Source of the DNA: Thalassobaculaceae bacterium | GTDB taxonomy: Bacteria; Pseudomonadota; Alphaproteobacteria; Thalassobaculales; Thalassobaculaceae | Direction: 5' to 3' | NCBI GenBank assembly: GCA_965228875.1 | Contig: OZ245843.1 | Coordinates: 4,818,616 to 4,882,615, forward strand | DNA: 64,000 bases | Made by a program: the position numbers and the translations under genes | The notes under the pieces: generated by a model | The model's database searches: none | Seen by the model: only the letters and a program-made list of their open reading frames with translations | What the model was told of the DNA's origin: nothing | Shown here: piece by piece, positions 18,108-27,339 of the stretch | Layout of the letters: every line of letters starts with the position of its first letter | How positions within the stretch are numbered: position 1 is the stretch's first letter

Positions 18108-19958
18108 ATGACGCGCTCATCGGGGAATGCGGCCAGCCACACCATGACGTGGGAGTTCGACCATCCGCCGGAGGTGGTCTGGCCGCTGCTGGCCGACACC
18201 GCCCGCTTCAACGAGGCGGCCGGCCTGCCGAAGCACGAGATCCGACAGGTCGAACAGGCGGATGGCACCGTCCGGTTCTTCGCCGAGACCCGGATCGGCA
18301 TGCTGACCCTGGCCTGGGAGGATATGCCGGTCGAATGGGTGACGCACCGCTGGTTCCGCCACGAGCGCCGCTTCTCAAGGGGGCCGTTCGCCCGCCTGAC
18401 CGCCACAGCCGAGTTCGAACCGGTCGCCGGCGGTTGCCGCTGCCGATACCGGCTCGAGGTGGTGCCGGCGGGACTGATCGGTCGTCTGCTGATGGTGGCC
18501 GGTTTCTTCGCCAACACCGAGAAGACCTTCGCCGCCCTGATCGATGGCGTTCGGGCGTTCGCCGATGGAGCGCGCGAGACACCGTTCGCCGTTCGGCGTC
18601 ATGCCCTGGACGAGCCGCGCCGGCAGCGGCTGGAGCGGATTGTCGCCGAAATCGACGCCAGCCCGAACGGTCACCGGCTCGGCCACCGGCTGGCCGACTA
18701 CATCCTGGAGGCGCAGGAGACCGATCTGATCCGCATCAGACCCCGCCGCCTGGCCCGCGACTGGCAGGTCGACGAACTGTCGGTGACGGAACTGTGCCTT
18801 GAGGCGGTGCGGGTCGGCCTGCTCGAGTCCCGCTGGGATCTGCTGTGCCCGCGATGCCGCGGCGCACAGCTGTCGGCCCACGCGCTCGATCAGGTGCCGG
18901 ACGCCGCCCATTGCGACTCCTGCAACATCAGCTACGACCGGGATTTCTCCCGCAATGTCGAACTGAGTTTCCAGCCGGCGCCGGCGATCCGGCCGGTTCA
19001 GGACGGGGAGTTCTGCCTGTTCGGACCGATGAGCCTGCCGCATGTCGTCCTGCAGGTCGCTCTCGAGCCGGCCGCGGAGGAGGTGGTGCCGGCGGATCTG
19101 CCGCCCGGCCGCTACCGCTTCCGGACCCTGGAGGCTGGCGGCGAGTGCGACGTGGAGATCACCGGACCGGTTCCGGCATTGGTGGTGGACGGACCCTCGG
19201 TGACCGTCGGAGACGCCTGCGCCCCCGGCACCCTTCGGCTGCAGAACCGCGGTGCGGTGCGTCGGACGGCGGTGATCGAGTCCCGAGCCTGGGTCGCCGA
19301 CGCACTCACGGCGCACGAGGCGACGACCCTGCAGGCGTTCCGCGACCTGTTCTCCGGCGCGGTCCTGCGGCCCGGCGATCAGGTGTCGATCGCCCAGATC
19401 GCGCTGATGTTCACCGATCTGAAGGGCTCGACCGCCCTGTACGAGCGGATCGGCGATGCCGCGGCCTACCACCTCGTGCGCGAGCATTTCGCCTTTCTCG
19501 GCCGGATCGTGCGCCGCCATCGCGGCGCCATCGTCAAGACTATCGGCGATGCGGTGATGGCCGCCTTCTCCGATCCCGCCGACGCGGTGCGCGCGGCGAT
19601 CGAGGTCCAGCGCGGCACCGAGACCTTCAACAATGGGCAGGGCGGCGAGAATGGGCAGGGCGGCGCGAATGGGCAGGGCGGCGAGGCGATCTCGATCAAG
19701 ATCGGCGTGCATTCGGGTGCCGGCATCGCTGTCACGCTCAATGAACGGCTGGACTATTTCGGCTCCATGGTGAACCTCGCGGCCAGGGTTCAGGGCCTCG
19801 CCCGGGGCGGCGAGGTGGTTCTGACCGGCCAACTCGCCGATGATCCGACTGTCGCACCGCTGGTCGCGGACGGTCGCCGGGAGCGGGCACGTGTGCGTGG
19901 ATTTGCCGAGACCGTCGAGGTCGTGCGGCTGACGGGGGAGAAGGACGATGGCGGATAA
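18108..19958 (+). CDS. class III adenylate cyclase with N-terminal SRPBCC-like and DUF5939-like (CxxC/CxxC) domains
   Basis: C-terminal FTDLKGST, VKTIGDAVMA, IGVHSG, LDYFG..VNLAARV; central CPRC...CDSC; N-terminal WEFDHPPEVVWPLLADT. Confidence 0.88.
   Translation: MTRSSGNAASHTMTWEFDHPPEVVWPLLADTARFNEAAGLPKHEIRQVEQADGTVRFFAETRIGMLTLAWEDMPVEWVTHRWFRHERRFSRGPFARLTATAEFEPVAGGCRCRYRLEVVPAGLIGRLLMVAGFFANTEKTFAALIDGVRAFADGARETPFAVRRHALDEPRRQRLERIVAEIDASPNGHRLGHRLADYILEAQETDLIRIRPRRLARDWQVDELSVTELCLEAVRVGLLESRWDLLCPRCRGAQLSAHALDQVPDAAHCDSCNISYDRDFSRNVELSFQPAPAIRPVQDGEFCLFGPMSLPHVVLQVALEPAAEEVVPADLPPGRYRFRTLEAGGECDVEITGPVPALVVDGPSVTVGDACAPGTLRLQNRGAVRRTAVIESRAWVADALTAHEATTLQAFRDLFSGAVLRPGDQVSIAQIALMFTDLKGSTALYERIGDAAAYHLVREHFAFLGRIVRRHRGAIVKTIGDAVMAAFSDPADAVRAAIEVQRGTETFNNGQGGENGQGGANGQGGEAISIKIGVHSGAGIAVTLNERLDYFGSMVNLAARVQGLARGGEVVLTGQLADDPTVAPLVADGRRERARVRGFAETVEVVRLTGEKDDGG
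19632..19685 (+). repeat. 3 x 18-bp in-frame tandem repeat (NGQGGE-NGQGGA-NGQGGE)
   Basis: AATGGGCAGGGCGGCG[A/C]G three times, with a single mismatch in the middle copy. Confidence 0.95.
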
Positions 19959-20907
19959 ACCGCTGATGGTGCTGTGGACCGATGGCGCGCCGATCTATGT
20001 GGAGGCGCTGGCCGCCGCGGGGTTGGGCGACCGGCTCCGGCTCGAAGGGGTCGACCGTGGCGCGACGCCGAGCGATGCGCAGAAGGCCGAGGCGGAGATG
20101 CTGCTCGCCTGGGGCGCGCCTGCGGGCCTGCTGGCCGAGATGCCGAAGCTACGGTGGGTGCAGACGACGACGGCCGGGGTCGAAGCCTGGCTCGGTCGCC
20201 CGGACCTGACGGATGGCCTGCTGCTGTCGGCGGCCAAGGGCGTCCACCGGGTGCAGATGCCGGAGAACATCCTCGCGGCCCTGTTCCATATCACCAAACC
20301 GATCGTCGCCGCCGCTCTCGACCAGGCGACGTCGACCTGGACCCGGCGGACGTCGGAGCCGCTGGCTGGCAAGACGCTCGGCATTCTCGGCCTGGGAACC
20401 ATTGGGGTCGAGCTGGCGCGCAAGGCCGCCGCGCTGGAACTGCGGGTGATCGGAGTGCGTCGGGCGCCGGGCGCCGTCGACCACGTGGACGCGGTCTACG
20501 GCCCCGAGGAGACCGACCGGATGCTCGGCGAGGCGGACTTCGTGGTGAACCTGCTGCCGGTCACACCGGACACGCGCGACTTCATGGACGCCGATCGGTT
20601 CGCGGCGATGCGTCCGCAGTCCTGGTTCCTCAATTTCGGCCGGGGGGCGACGGTGGTCGACGATCACCTAGTCGCGGCGGTCGCCGGCGGGACTATCGCC
20701 GGCGCGGTGCTCGACGTGTTCCGCCAGGAACCGCTCCCCGGTGATCACCCGTACTGGACGACGCCTGGGATCAGCGTCTGGCCCCATGTCGGCGGTCTGC
20801 ATCCGGACCGCGACGCCATCGTCGCCGAACTGGTGGTGGAGAACGCCGCCCGCTACCTCGACGGCCGCCCGCTTCTGCATCTGGTCGACCGGGCGCGGGG
20901 CTACTGA
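19948..20907 (+). CDS. D-2-hydroxyacid dehydrogenase family protein
   Basis: GILGLGTIG, LLPVTPDT, NFGRG, LDVFRQEPL, PHVGG. Confidence 0.93.
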   Translation: MADKPLMVLWTDGAPIYVEALAAAGLGDRLRLEGVDRGATPSDAQKAEAEMLLAWGAPAGLLAEMPKLRWVQTTTAGVEAWLGRPDLTDGLLLSAAKGVHRVQMPENILAALFHITKPIVAAALDQATSTWTRRTSEPLAGKTLGILGLGTIGVELARKAAALELRVIGVRRAPGAVDHVDAVYGPEETDRMLGEADFVVNLLPVTPDTRDFMDADRFAAMRPQSWFLNFGRGATVVDDHLVAAVAGGTIAGAVLDVFRQEPLPGDHPYWTTPGISVWPHVGGLHPDRDAIVAELVVENAARYLDGRPLLHLVDRARGY

Positions 20908-20915
20908 GCGGGGCG

Positions 20916-21368
20916 CTACGCGACCACCCTGAGCAGGCTGGCGCCGAGGCTGACGACGGCGATCGCTGACAGGTATCGCCGCAGGAGCCCGTACCATTCG
21001 GGGAACCAGCCTCCAGACACGCAGGCGCGGTCGATGGCGAAGGTGGCCGCGATTCCGACGATCAGCATGACCAGGCCGAGGTCCGGTTTCACCAGCGCGG
21101 CGACCCAGGCCAGCAGGGCCGGCAGGACGCTCCACGACAGCGGGCGCCACAGGGCCTCGCCCTCAAGGTCGCTCGCCAGCGCCCGGCCCCAGTGCACCGC
21201 GCCGAGGAAGGAGAGAATGGCGCAGCCGTAGTAGATCTGGGCGTCCATCGCGACGTAGACCCAGGCGCCCTGCGCACTCCATACACCCACGGCGCCGGCG
21301 ACGAAGGGGAGCGCGCCCGCAAAGCCGAGGGCGCGAGCGGGGGCCGGTATGTCTGACAGCAGGGGCAT
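20916..21368 (-). CDS. DUF3429 family membrane protein
   Basis: LGFAGALPF, YGCAILSFLGAVHWG, WSVLPALLAW, PEWYGLLR. Confidence 0.88.
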   Translation of the reverse strand: MPLLSDIPAPARALGFAGALPFVAGAVGVWSAQGAWVYVAMDAQIYYGCAILSFLGAVHWGRALASDLEGEALWRPLSWSVLPALLAWVAALVKPDLGLVMLIVGIAATFAIDRACVSGGWFPEWYGLLRRYLSAIAVVSLGASLLRVVA

Positions 21369-21471
21369 GGGGCGATCCTCGATTGACCTGGCGGCATCTC
21401 GTGCTCGCCGCGGCGATCTGATATCACCGCGGGATGCGGCAGACAGGATAGGCCGGAACGGGAGGAAGGCG

Positions 21472-22233
21472 ATGGATCTCAGCGGCAAGGGCGTTCTGGT
21501 CACCGGCGGTGGCAGCGGTCTCGGTGCGGCGACGGCGCGGGCGCTTGCGGCGCGCGGCGCGAAGGTGGCGCTGCTCGACGTGAACCTCGACGGTGCCAAG
21601 GCGGTGGCGGGCGAGATAGACGGCCTCGCGGTCTCCTGCGACGTCTCCGACGCGGCCTCTGCCGAGGCTGCGGTGGCCGAGGCGGGCGCCGCCCATAGCG
21701 CGCCGGTGGTGCTGGTGAACTGCGCCGGGATCGCGCCGGCCAAGCGCATCGTCGGCCGCGACGGGCCGATGGACCTGGCGGACTTCAGGAAGGTGATCGA
21801 CGTGAATCTGGTCGGCACCTTCAACCTGATCCGCCTCGCGGGTGCTGCCATGACCGGCAACGAGCCGGACGCCGAGGGCCAGCGCGGTGTCATCGTCTCG
21901 ACCGCCAGCGTCGCCGCCTTCGAGGGTCAGATCGGACAGTCGGCCTATTCGGCGTCCAAGGGCGGGGTGCATTCCCTCACCCTGGTCGCGGCCCGCGAAT
22001 TCGCCCGCAACGGCATCCGCGTGTGCGCAATTGCGCCGGGGATCTTCGGCACGCCGATGCTGACCGCCATGCCGCAGGAGGTGCAGGACAGCCTGGGCGC
22101 CCAGGTCCCGTTCCCGTCGCGTCTCGGTCGGCCCGAGGAATACGCCCGGCTGGTCGAGGCCATCGTCGACAATCCGATGCTCAACGGCGAGACGATCCGG
22201 TTGGACGGGGCGATCCGCATGGGGGCGAAGTAA
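21472..22233 (+). CDS. SDR, 3-hydroxyacyl-CoA dehydrogenase type II (HSD10-like)
   Basis: TGGGSGLG, VNCAGI, ASVAAFEGQIGQSAYSASKGG, LNGETIRLDGAIRM. Confidence 0.92.
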   Translation: MDLSGKGVLVTGGGSGLGAATARALAARGAKVALLDVNLDGAKAVAGEIDGLAVSCDVSDAASAEAAVAEAGAAHSAPVVLVNCAGIAPAKRIVGRDGPMDLADFRKVIDVNLVGTFNLIRLAGAAMTGNEPDAEGQRGVIVSTASVAAFEGQIGQSAYSASKGGVHSLTLVAAREFARNGIRVCAIAPGIFGTPMLTAMPQEVQDSLGAQVPFPSRLGRPEEYARLVEAIVDNPMLNGETIRLDGAIRMGAK

Positions 22234-22256
22234 ACGCCGGTCAGGCCCCCGGTGAG

Positions 22257-22703
22257 CTAGGCCCGGCCGGCCGGTGCGTTGGCCTCGTCCTCCTCGGCTT
22301 GGCGCTCCAGTTCCTCCATCTCGGCGTCGCTGTAGCCGTAATGGTGGCCGATCTCGTGGATCAGGACGTGGCGCACGACCGTGTAGAGGTCGTCGCCGCT
22401 CTCGATCCAGTAGTCGAGGATGGCCCGGCGGAACAGGAACACCCGGTCGAGATCGGCCGGCGTTTCACCGGTCGAGCGATGGCCGAGCGGCACGCCCTGG
22501 TACAGGCCGAGCAGGTCGAACGGCGTCTCCAGGTCCATGGCCTCGCAGATCTCCTCGTCGGGGAAATCCTCGACCAGGATGGCGAGGCCGGAGAGCGGCT
22601 TCAGCAGGTCCTGGGGAACGTTCGACAGGGCATCCTCGGCCAGGGCCGCCATCTCGTCGATGGTGGGGGCGAGGATTCCGGGACGGGCTTTCTGTGCGCA
22701 CAT
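22257..22703 (-). CDS. zincin-like metallopeptidase (DUF1025 / minimal zincin)
   Basis: PFDLLGLYQGVPL, LFRRAILDYW, HVLIHEIGHHYG. Confidence 0.9.
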   Translation of the reverse strand: MCAQKARPGILAPTIDEMAALAEDALSNVPQDLLKPLSGLAILVEDFPDEEICEAMDLETPFDLLGLYQGVPLGHRSTGETPADLDRVFLFRRAILDYWIESGDDLYTVVRHVLIHEIGHHYGYSDAEMEELERQAEEDEANAPAGRA

Positions 22704-22798
22704 GGCGCAGCTATAGCCCCTTACGACGGACAGGGAAAGTTCATCGCGGTCGCCTGATCGCACCGGCGGGGGTTGCACCGCGCCGCCGGCGTCGCAGA

Positions 22799-22810
22799 TT
22801 GTGCGGTGCA
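22799..22810 (-). promoter_or_regulatory. putative PhaR box upstream of bdhA-patatin
   Basis: Reverse complement TGCACCGCACAA fits TGCRNYGCASMA, as do the two phasin-promoter boxes. Confidence 0.55.
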
Positions 22811-22865
22811 ACGACAGCAGGCGCCGACCGGAACCGGGGCGGCAGCCAAACAGAGGGATACCGCC

Positions 22866-23651
22866 ATGAGCCTCAAGGGCAAATCCGCCATCGTCACCGG
22901 ATCCACCAGCGGGATCGGCCTCGGGATCGCCAAGGCGCTGGCCGCCGCAGGCGCCGACGTCATGCTGAACGGCTTCGGCGACGCCGACGAGATCGAAGCG
23001 CTGCGCGCCGGCATCGAGCGCGAGTTCGGGGTCAAGGCGGTCTTCAACGGTGCCGACCTCACCAAGGGAGCGGAGACCAAGGCGATGGTCGCCGACGCCG
23101 AGGCGCGGCTCGGCAAGGTCGACATCCTGGTCAACAATGCCGGCACCCAGACGGTCGCGCGGGTCGAGGAGTTTCCCGAGGACCGCTGGGAACTGATCGT
23201 CTCGCTGAACATGTCGTCCAATTTCTACGCCATCAAGGCGGCGCTGCCGGGCATGAAACAGCGCGGCTGGGGCCGGATCATCAACATCGCTTCGGCCCAC
23301 GGTCTGGTCGCCTCGCCATACAAGGCCGCCTATGTGGCCGCCAAGCACGGCGTGGTCGGCCTCACCAAGGTCGTGGCCCTGGAGACTGCGGAACACGGCG
23401 TGACCTGCAACGCAATCTGCCCGGGCTTCGTGAAGACCCCGCTGGTCGAGGGACAGATCGGCGAGCAGGCGAAAGCCAACGACATGAGCGAGGAGGAAGT
23501 CGTCCGCGAGGTCATCCTGGCCAGCCAGCCGACCAAGAAGTTCGTGGAGATCGGCGATCTCGGGGCGCTGGCGGTGTTCCTGGCGGGCGAGCATTCGGGC
23601 TCGATCACCGGGGCGGCGCTGCAGATCGACGGCGGCTGGGTCGCCCGCTGA
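22866..23651 (+). CDS. bdhA: 3-hydroxybutyrate dehydrogenase
   Basis: TGSTSGIGLG, LNGFGD, IASAHGLVASPYKAAYVAAKHG, ICPGFVKTPLVEGQI, QPTKKFV. Confidence 0.93.
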   Translation: MSLKGKSAIVTGSTSGIGLGIAKALAAAGADVMLNGFGDADEIEALRAGIEREFGVKAVFNGADLTKGAETKAMVADAEARLGKVDILVNNAGTQTVARVEEFPEDRWELIVSLNMSSNFYAIKAALPGMKQRGWGRIINIASAHGLVASPYKAAYVAAKHGVVGLTKVVALETAEHGVTCNAICPGFVKTPLVEGQIGEQAKANDMSEEEVVREVILASQPTKKFVEIGDLGALAVFLAGEHSGSITGAALQIDGGWVAR

Positions 23652-24775
23652 TGACGGCCGGCGCCGCCGACGACCCGGTGCTCCACGACCGCGAGGTCCC
23701 GCGCGAACTGCGCGAGGAGGCCGCCGCCGCCGTGGCGCCCCGCCGGTCGCGGTCGAAGGCCGGTCCGGAGGTGAAGCGGATCAATCTGGCGCTTCAGGGC
23801 GGCGGCTCCCACGGTGCGTTCACCTGGGGCGTGCTGGATGGGCTGCTGGCCGACGGGCGGGTCGAGTTCGACTCGATCTCCGGCACCAGCGCCGGGGCGA
23901 TGAACGCGGCGGCGCTGGCCGCGGGCTGGGCCGAGAACGGGCGCGACGGCGCGCGGGCGAAGCTGGAGACGTTCTGGAACCGGATCGCCGATGTCGGCAG
24001 CTTCAGCCCGATCCAGCGCACCGCGATCGACAGACTGATGGGCAACTGGCGGGTCGACAGTTCGCCCGGTTACCTCGCCATGGACTTCGTGAGCCGGGTG
24101 CTGTCGCCGTATCAGACCAACCCGATGAACCTGAACCCGCTGCGCGACGTGCTGGAGGAACTGGTCGACATCGACGCCGCGCGGCAGAGCGGTATCGAGC
24201 TGTTCCTGAGCGCGACCAACGTGCGCTCGGGCAAGATCAAGGTGTTCGGGAACGCGGATCTGTCGCTTGACGCCGTGATGGCCTCGGCCTGCCTGCCATT
24301 CCTGTTCCAGGCGGTCGAGATCGACGGCGAGCACTATTACGACGGCGGCTACATGGGCAATCCGGCGCTCTATCCGCTGATCTACAATTCCGCCTGCCGC
24401 GACATCGTGATCGTGCAGATCAATCCGCTCTACCGCGAGCGGGTGCCGACGGACGCCCGCGCGATCCTCGACCGGGTGAACGAGATCACGTTCAATTCGA
24501 CCCTGATGCGCGAGATGCGGGCGATCCACTTCGTCAACCGGCTGATCGCCGGCGGCAAGCTCGACCCGGAGGCCTACCGCGTCACCCGCATCCACATGAT
24601 CGAGGCCGACGAGGAGATGCGCGACATGCACGCCTCCTCCAAGCTCAACCCGGAGCGCGCCTTCCTCCATCACCTGCGCGATGTCGGCCGCAAGGTCGCG
24701 GCCGAGTGGCTGGAGGAGAGCTTTGGCTGCGTCGGTCACCAGTCGTCGATCGACGTGCGGGAGACGTTCTTGTGA
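23651..24775 (+). CDS. patatin-like phospholipase/esterase
   Basis: ALQGGGSHGAFTWG oxyanion loop, GTSAG nucleophile, DGG; start overlaps the bdhA stop (TGATG). Confidence 0.93.
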   Translation: MTAGAADDPVLHDREVPRELREEAAAAVAPRRSRSKAGPEVKRINLALQGGGSHGAFTWGVLDGLLADGRVEFDSISGTSAGAMNAAALAAGWAENGRDGARAKLETFWNRIADVGSFSPIQRTAIDRLMGNWRVDSSPGYLAMDFVSRVLSPYQTNPMNLNPLRDVLEELVDIDAARQSGIELFLSATNVRSGKIKVFGNADLSLDAVMASACLPFLFQAVEIDGEHYYDGGYMGNPALYPLIYNSACRDIVIVQINPLYRERVPTDARAILDRVNEITFNSTLMREMRAIHFVNRLIAGGKLDPEAYRVTRIHMIEADEEMRDMHASSKLNPERAFLHHLRDVGRKVAAEWLEESFGCVGHQSSIDVRETFL

Positions 24776-24892
24776 GGGCGGGACCGGCCGGCCCGGTCAT
24801 GCCCGGGTTTGTGATCGACCCGCGACATGCGGGCGCTTGCGCCGCCGCCGTCGCCATACGAGCCTTGGGCCGTCTACGAAGGGAGACTGACG

Positions 24893-25207
24893 ATGCCTGA
24901 CAAACTCAGCCCCGAGGCGCGCGCCTCGGCCCTGGCGGCGCTGGACGGCTGGGTCGAGGATCCGGAGCGCGACGCGATTACCAAGACCTTCTGGTTCGAC
25001 ACCTTCGACGCCGCCTGGGGCTGGATGAGCCGGGTGGCGATCAAGGCCGAGAGCCTGGTCCATCACCCGGAATGGACAAACGTCTACGGCCGGGTCGACG
25101 TGCTGCTGACCACCCACAGCGAGGGCGGTCTGACCGGGCTCGATATCGAGCTCGCCACCTTCATGGACGCCGCCGCCATGGGCACCGGCCAGGCCGCTCT
25201 GGACTGA
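24893..25207 (+). CDS. phhB: pterin-4-alpha-carbinolamine dehydratase
   Basis: HHPEWTNVY..VDVLLTTHS.GGLT..DI. Confidence 0.92.
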   Translation: MPDKLSPEARASALAALDGWVEDPERDAITKTFWFDTFDAAWGWMSRVAIKAESLVHHPEWTNVYGRVDVLLTTHSEGGLTGLDIELATFMDAAAMGTGQAALD

Positions 25208-25278
25208 GCGGAAGCCCCTCTCCCCCGACATCCCGGCCGTCCGCCGGGGCGGGGCCGGGAAGCGGGGGACGGTCCGGG

Positions 25279-27339
25279 CTATCCCGCCGCCGCCTCGTGA
25301 TGTTCGACCACCTTGTCGGCCAGCCGACCGGTCAGTTCCTGGAGGTGATCGAAGGTCCAGGTGTAGAAGGCCAGCCCCTGGCTCTGGGCCCGCAGGTCCA
25401 GGATCAGGCTGTGCATCTCGGCCTCCGGCAGGTAGGCCGTGACCTCGTCCCAGCCGGGCCAGCCGTCCTTGGCGTCGAATCCGAGAATCTGGCCACGGCG
25501 CGACGACAGGATGCCGTGCACCCGACTGGTCGCCTCCGACGGGACGGCGATCGTCACCTGGTGGATCGGTTCCAGCAGCACCGGCCCCGCCCGGCCCAGC
25601 GCGTCATGCAGACCGGAACGGGCGGCGATCTTGAACGCCATGTCGGAACTGTCGACCGAATGGTGCTGGCCGTCGGTCAGCGTCACTTTGACGTCCACCA
25701 CGGGGAAACCCAGGGGTCCGCGCCGGCAACCCTCGCGGCAACCGTCCTCGACCGCCGGGATGTAGTTGCGCGGCACGGAGCCTCCGACCACGGTCTCGGC
25801 GAACTCGAAACCGCCGCCGCGCGCCACCGGTTCGACCGTGATTCGGATGTCGGCGAACTGGCCGTGTCCGCCGGACTGCTTCTTGTGGCGGGAATGCTCT
25901 TCGACCCGGTTGCGGATGGTCTCGCGGTAGGCGACGGCGGTCTCCGACAGGGTTACATCGAGCTTGAAGCGCGAGCGCAGCCGTTCGGCGACCACCCGCA
26001 GGTGGGTGTCGCCCTGGCCCCAGATGGCCAGTTCGCCGAGCTCCGCGTCATGCTTGACCAGCAGGGCCGGGTCCTCCTCCGACAGCTTGGTCAGCGCGCC
26101 GGAGAGTTTGACCTCGTCGTTGCGCTCGGCCACCCGCAGGGCGCGGGCGTAGACCGGCTGCGGCACCTCGGGCCAGCCGAGGCCCTTGTCCGGCATACCG
26201 CCCGTCGGAGACAGCACGTCGCCGGTCTGGATCGGATCCATGCGCCCGAGCGCCACCACGTCGCCCGGTGCCGCCGACGGACGTTTGTCCAGCTTGGCGC
26301 CGGTCGCCGCATAGATGCCCGAGACCTTGGCGCCGTTCAGGACCTCGCCGTCCTTCACGGTCCCCCGCCAGACCCGCACGTGGGACAGCTTGCCCATGTG
26401 CGCCGCGTGCACCGTCTTGAAGACCTGGGCCATCGGTTCCTCGCCCTCGCCGAGGCCGCGGCGCGCGACGGTGGCGGTATGGTCCGGCGTCTCGTGGCGC
26501 AGCAGTTTCAGCAGGCGCTGAACCCCGTGGTCGCGCTCGCCGGCGCCGAGAAGGACCGGCACCAGCAGGTCGCCCCGCAGGGTGTCCGCCAGGTGGCCGT
26601 AGACCTCCTTCTTGTCCGGATCGACCTCCTCGAGGAGCTGCTCGAGCAGGCCGTCGTCGAAGTCAGCCAGGGTCTCCAGCAGGTCGGTGCGCGCCTCGGC
26701 CTCGCGGTCGGCGACCGATCCCGGCAGCTCGATCAGCGCCGACGGCTCACCCTCCCGGTACCGATAGGCCCGTTCGCTCACCAGGTCGACATAGCCCGTG
26801 ACCTGCTCTCCTTCGCGGATCGGGACCTGGCGCAGTGCCAGCGGGCGGGTTGAGAACGCCTGCAGCGCGCCGAGGATCTCGCGCACCGTCTCGCCGGCCT
26901 GATCCATCTTGTTGATGAGCACGACATGCGGGACGTCGTGATCGTCCAGGAATTTCAGGATCGGGCCGGCGGCAGCCGCCTTGGCGCCCTCGGGTTCGAC
27001 GACGACGATCGCGACGTCGGCGATCATGCAGGCGTAGCGGGAGTCGAGACCGAATTCGATGTTGCCCGGGGTGTCGATGAACGTCCACGCATCCCCGAGG
27101 AAGGAGCCGTGGCCGATCGAGAGTTCGGTGCTGGCGCCGCGTTCCCGCGCTTCCGGGGCGGTGTCGCCGACCGTGTTACCGTCCTTGACGCTGCCCTTGC
27201 GCTCGACGGCGCCGGTGGCGTGGAGCAGGGCTTCGAACAGGCTGGTCTTGCCTGACTGGTAGGGGCCGAGGATCGCGGCGCATCGGTTGGCGCCGCCGCC
27301 TGGTCTGCCGCCGTCTGTCGCTCCGGATACGGATGTCAT
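25279..27339 (-). CDS. elongation factor G-like protein (EF-G2 type)
   Basis: GPYQSGKT, DTPG, NKMD, YRETI, KKQSGGHGQFAD, HSVDSSDMAF, LLEPI; full five-domain length. Confidence 0.92.
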   Translation of the reverse strand: MTSVSGATDGGRPGGGANRCAAILGPYQSGKTSLFEALLHATGAVERKGSVKDGNTVGDTAPEARERGASTELSIGHGSFLGDAWTFIDTPGNIEFGLDSRYACMIADVAIVVVEPEGAKAAAAGPILKFLDDHDVPHVVLINKMDQAGETVREILGALQAFSTRPLALRQVPIREGEQVTGYVDLVSERAYRYREGEPSALIELPGSVADREAEARTDLLETLADFDDGLLEQLLEEVDPDKKEVYGHLADTLRGDLLVPVLLGAGERDHGVQRLLKLLRHETPDHTATVARRGLGEGEEPMAQVFKTVHAAHMGKLSHVRVWRGTVKDGEVLNGAKVSGIYAATGAKLDKRPSAAPGDVVALGRMDPIQTGDVLSPTGGMPDKGLGWPEVPQPVYARALRVAERNDEVKLSGALTKLSEEDPALLVKHDAELGELAIWGQGDTHLRVVAERLRSRFKLDVTLSETAVAYRETIRNRVEEHSRHKKQSGGHGQFADIRITVEPVARGGGFEFAETVVGGSVPRNYIPAVEDGCREGCRRGPLGFPVVDVKVTLTDGQHHSVDSSDMAFKIAARSGLHDALGRAGPVLLEPIHQVTIAVPSEATSRVHGILSSRRGQILGFDAKDGWPGWDEVTAYLPEAEMHSLILDLRAQSQGLAFYTWTFDHLQELTGRLADKVVEHHEAAAG

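Noticed and set aside
18108..19958. Cyclase as a Pycsar/CBASS-type anti-phage system
   Set aside because: Residues indicate an ATP-specific class III cyclase, and no cyclic-nucleotide-binding TIR or TM effector is adjacent
24795..24830. GTCATGCCCGGG...ACCCG resembling an alphaproteobacterial REP
   Set aside because: Palindrome incomplete and no second copy seen in the window
25208..25278. GC-rich hairpins between genes (also 15683-15717 and 44863-44885) and scattered CCCTCTCCCC motifs
   Set aside because: Best explained as ordinary terminators or decayed repeats; not similar enough to each other to define a family
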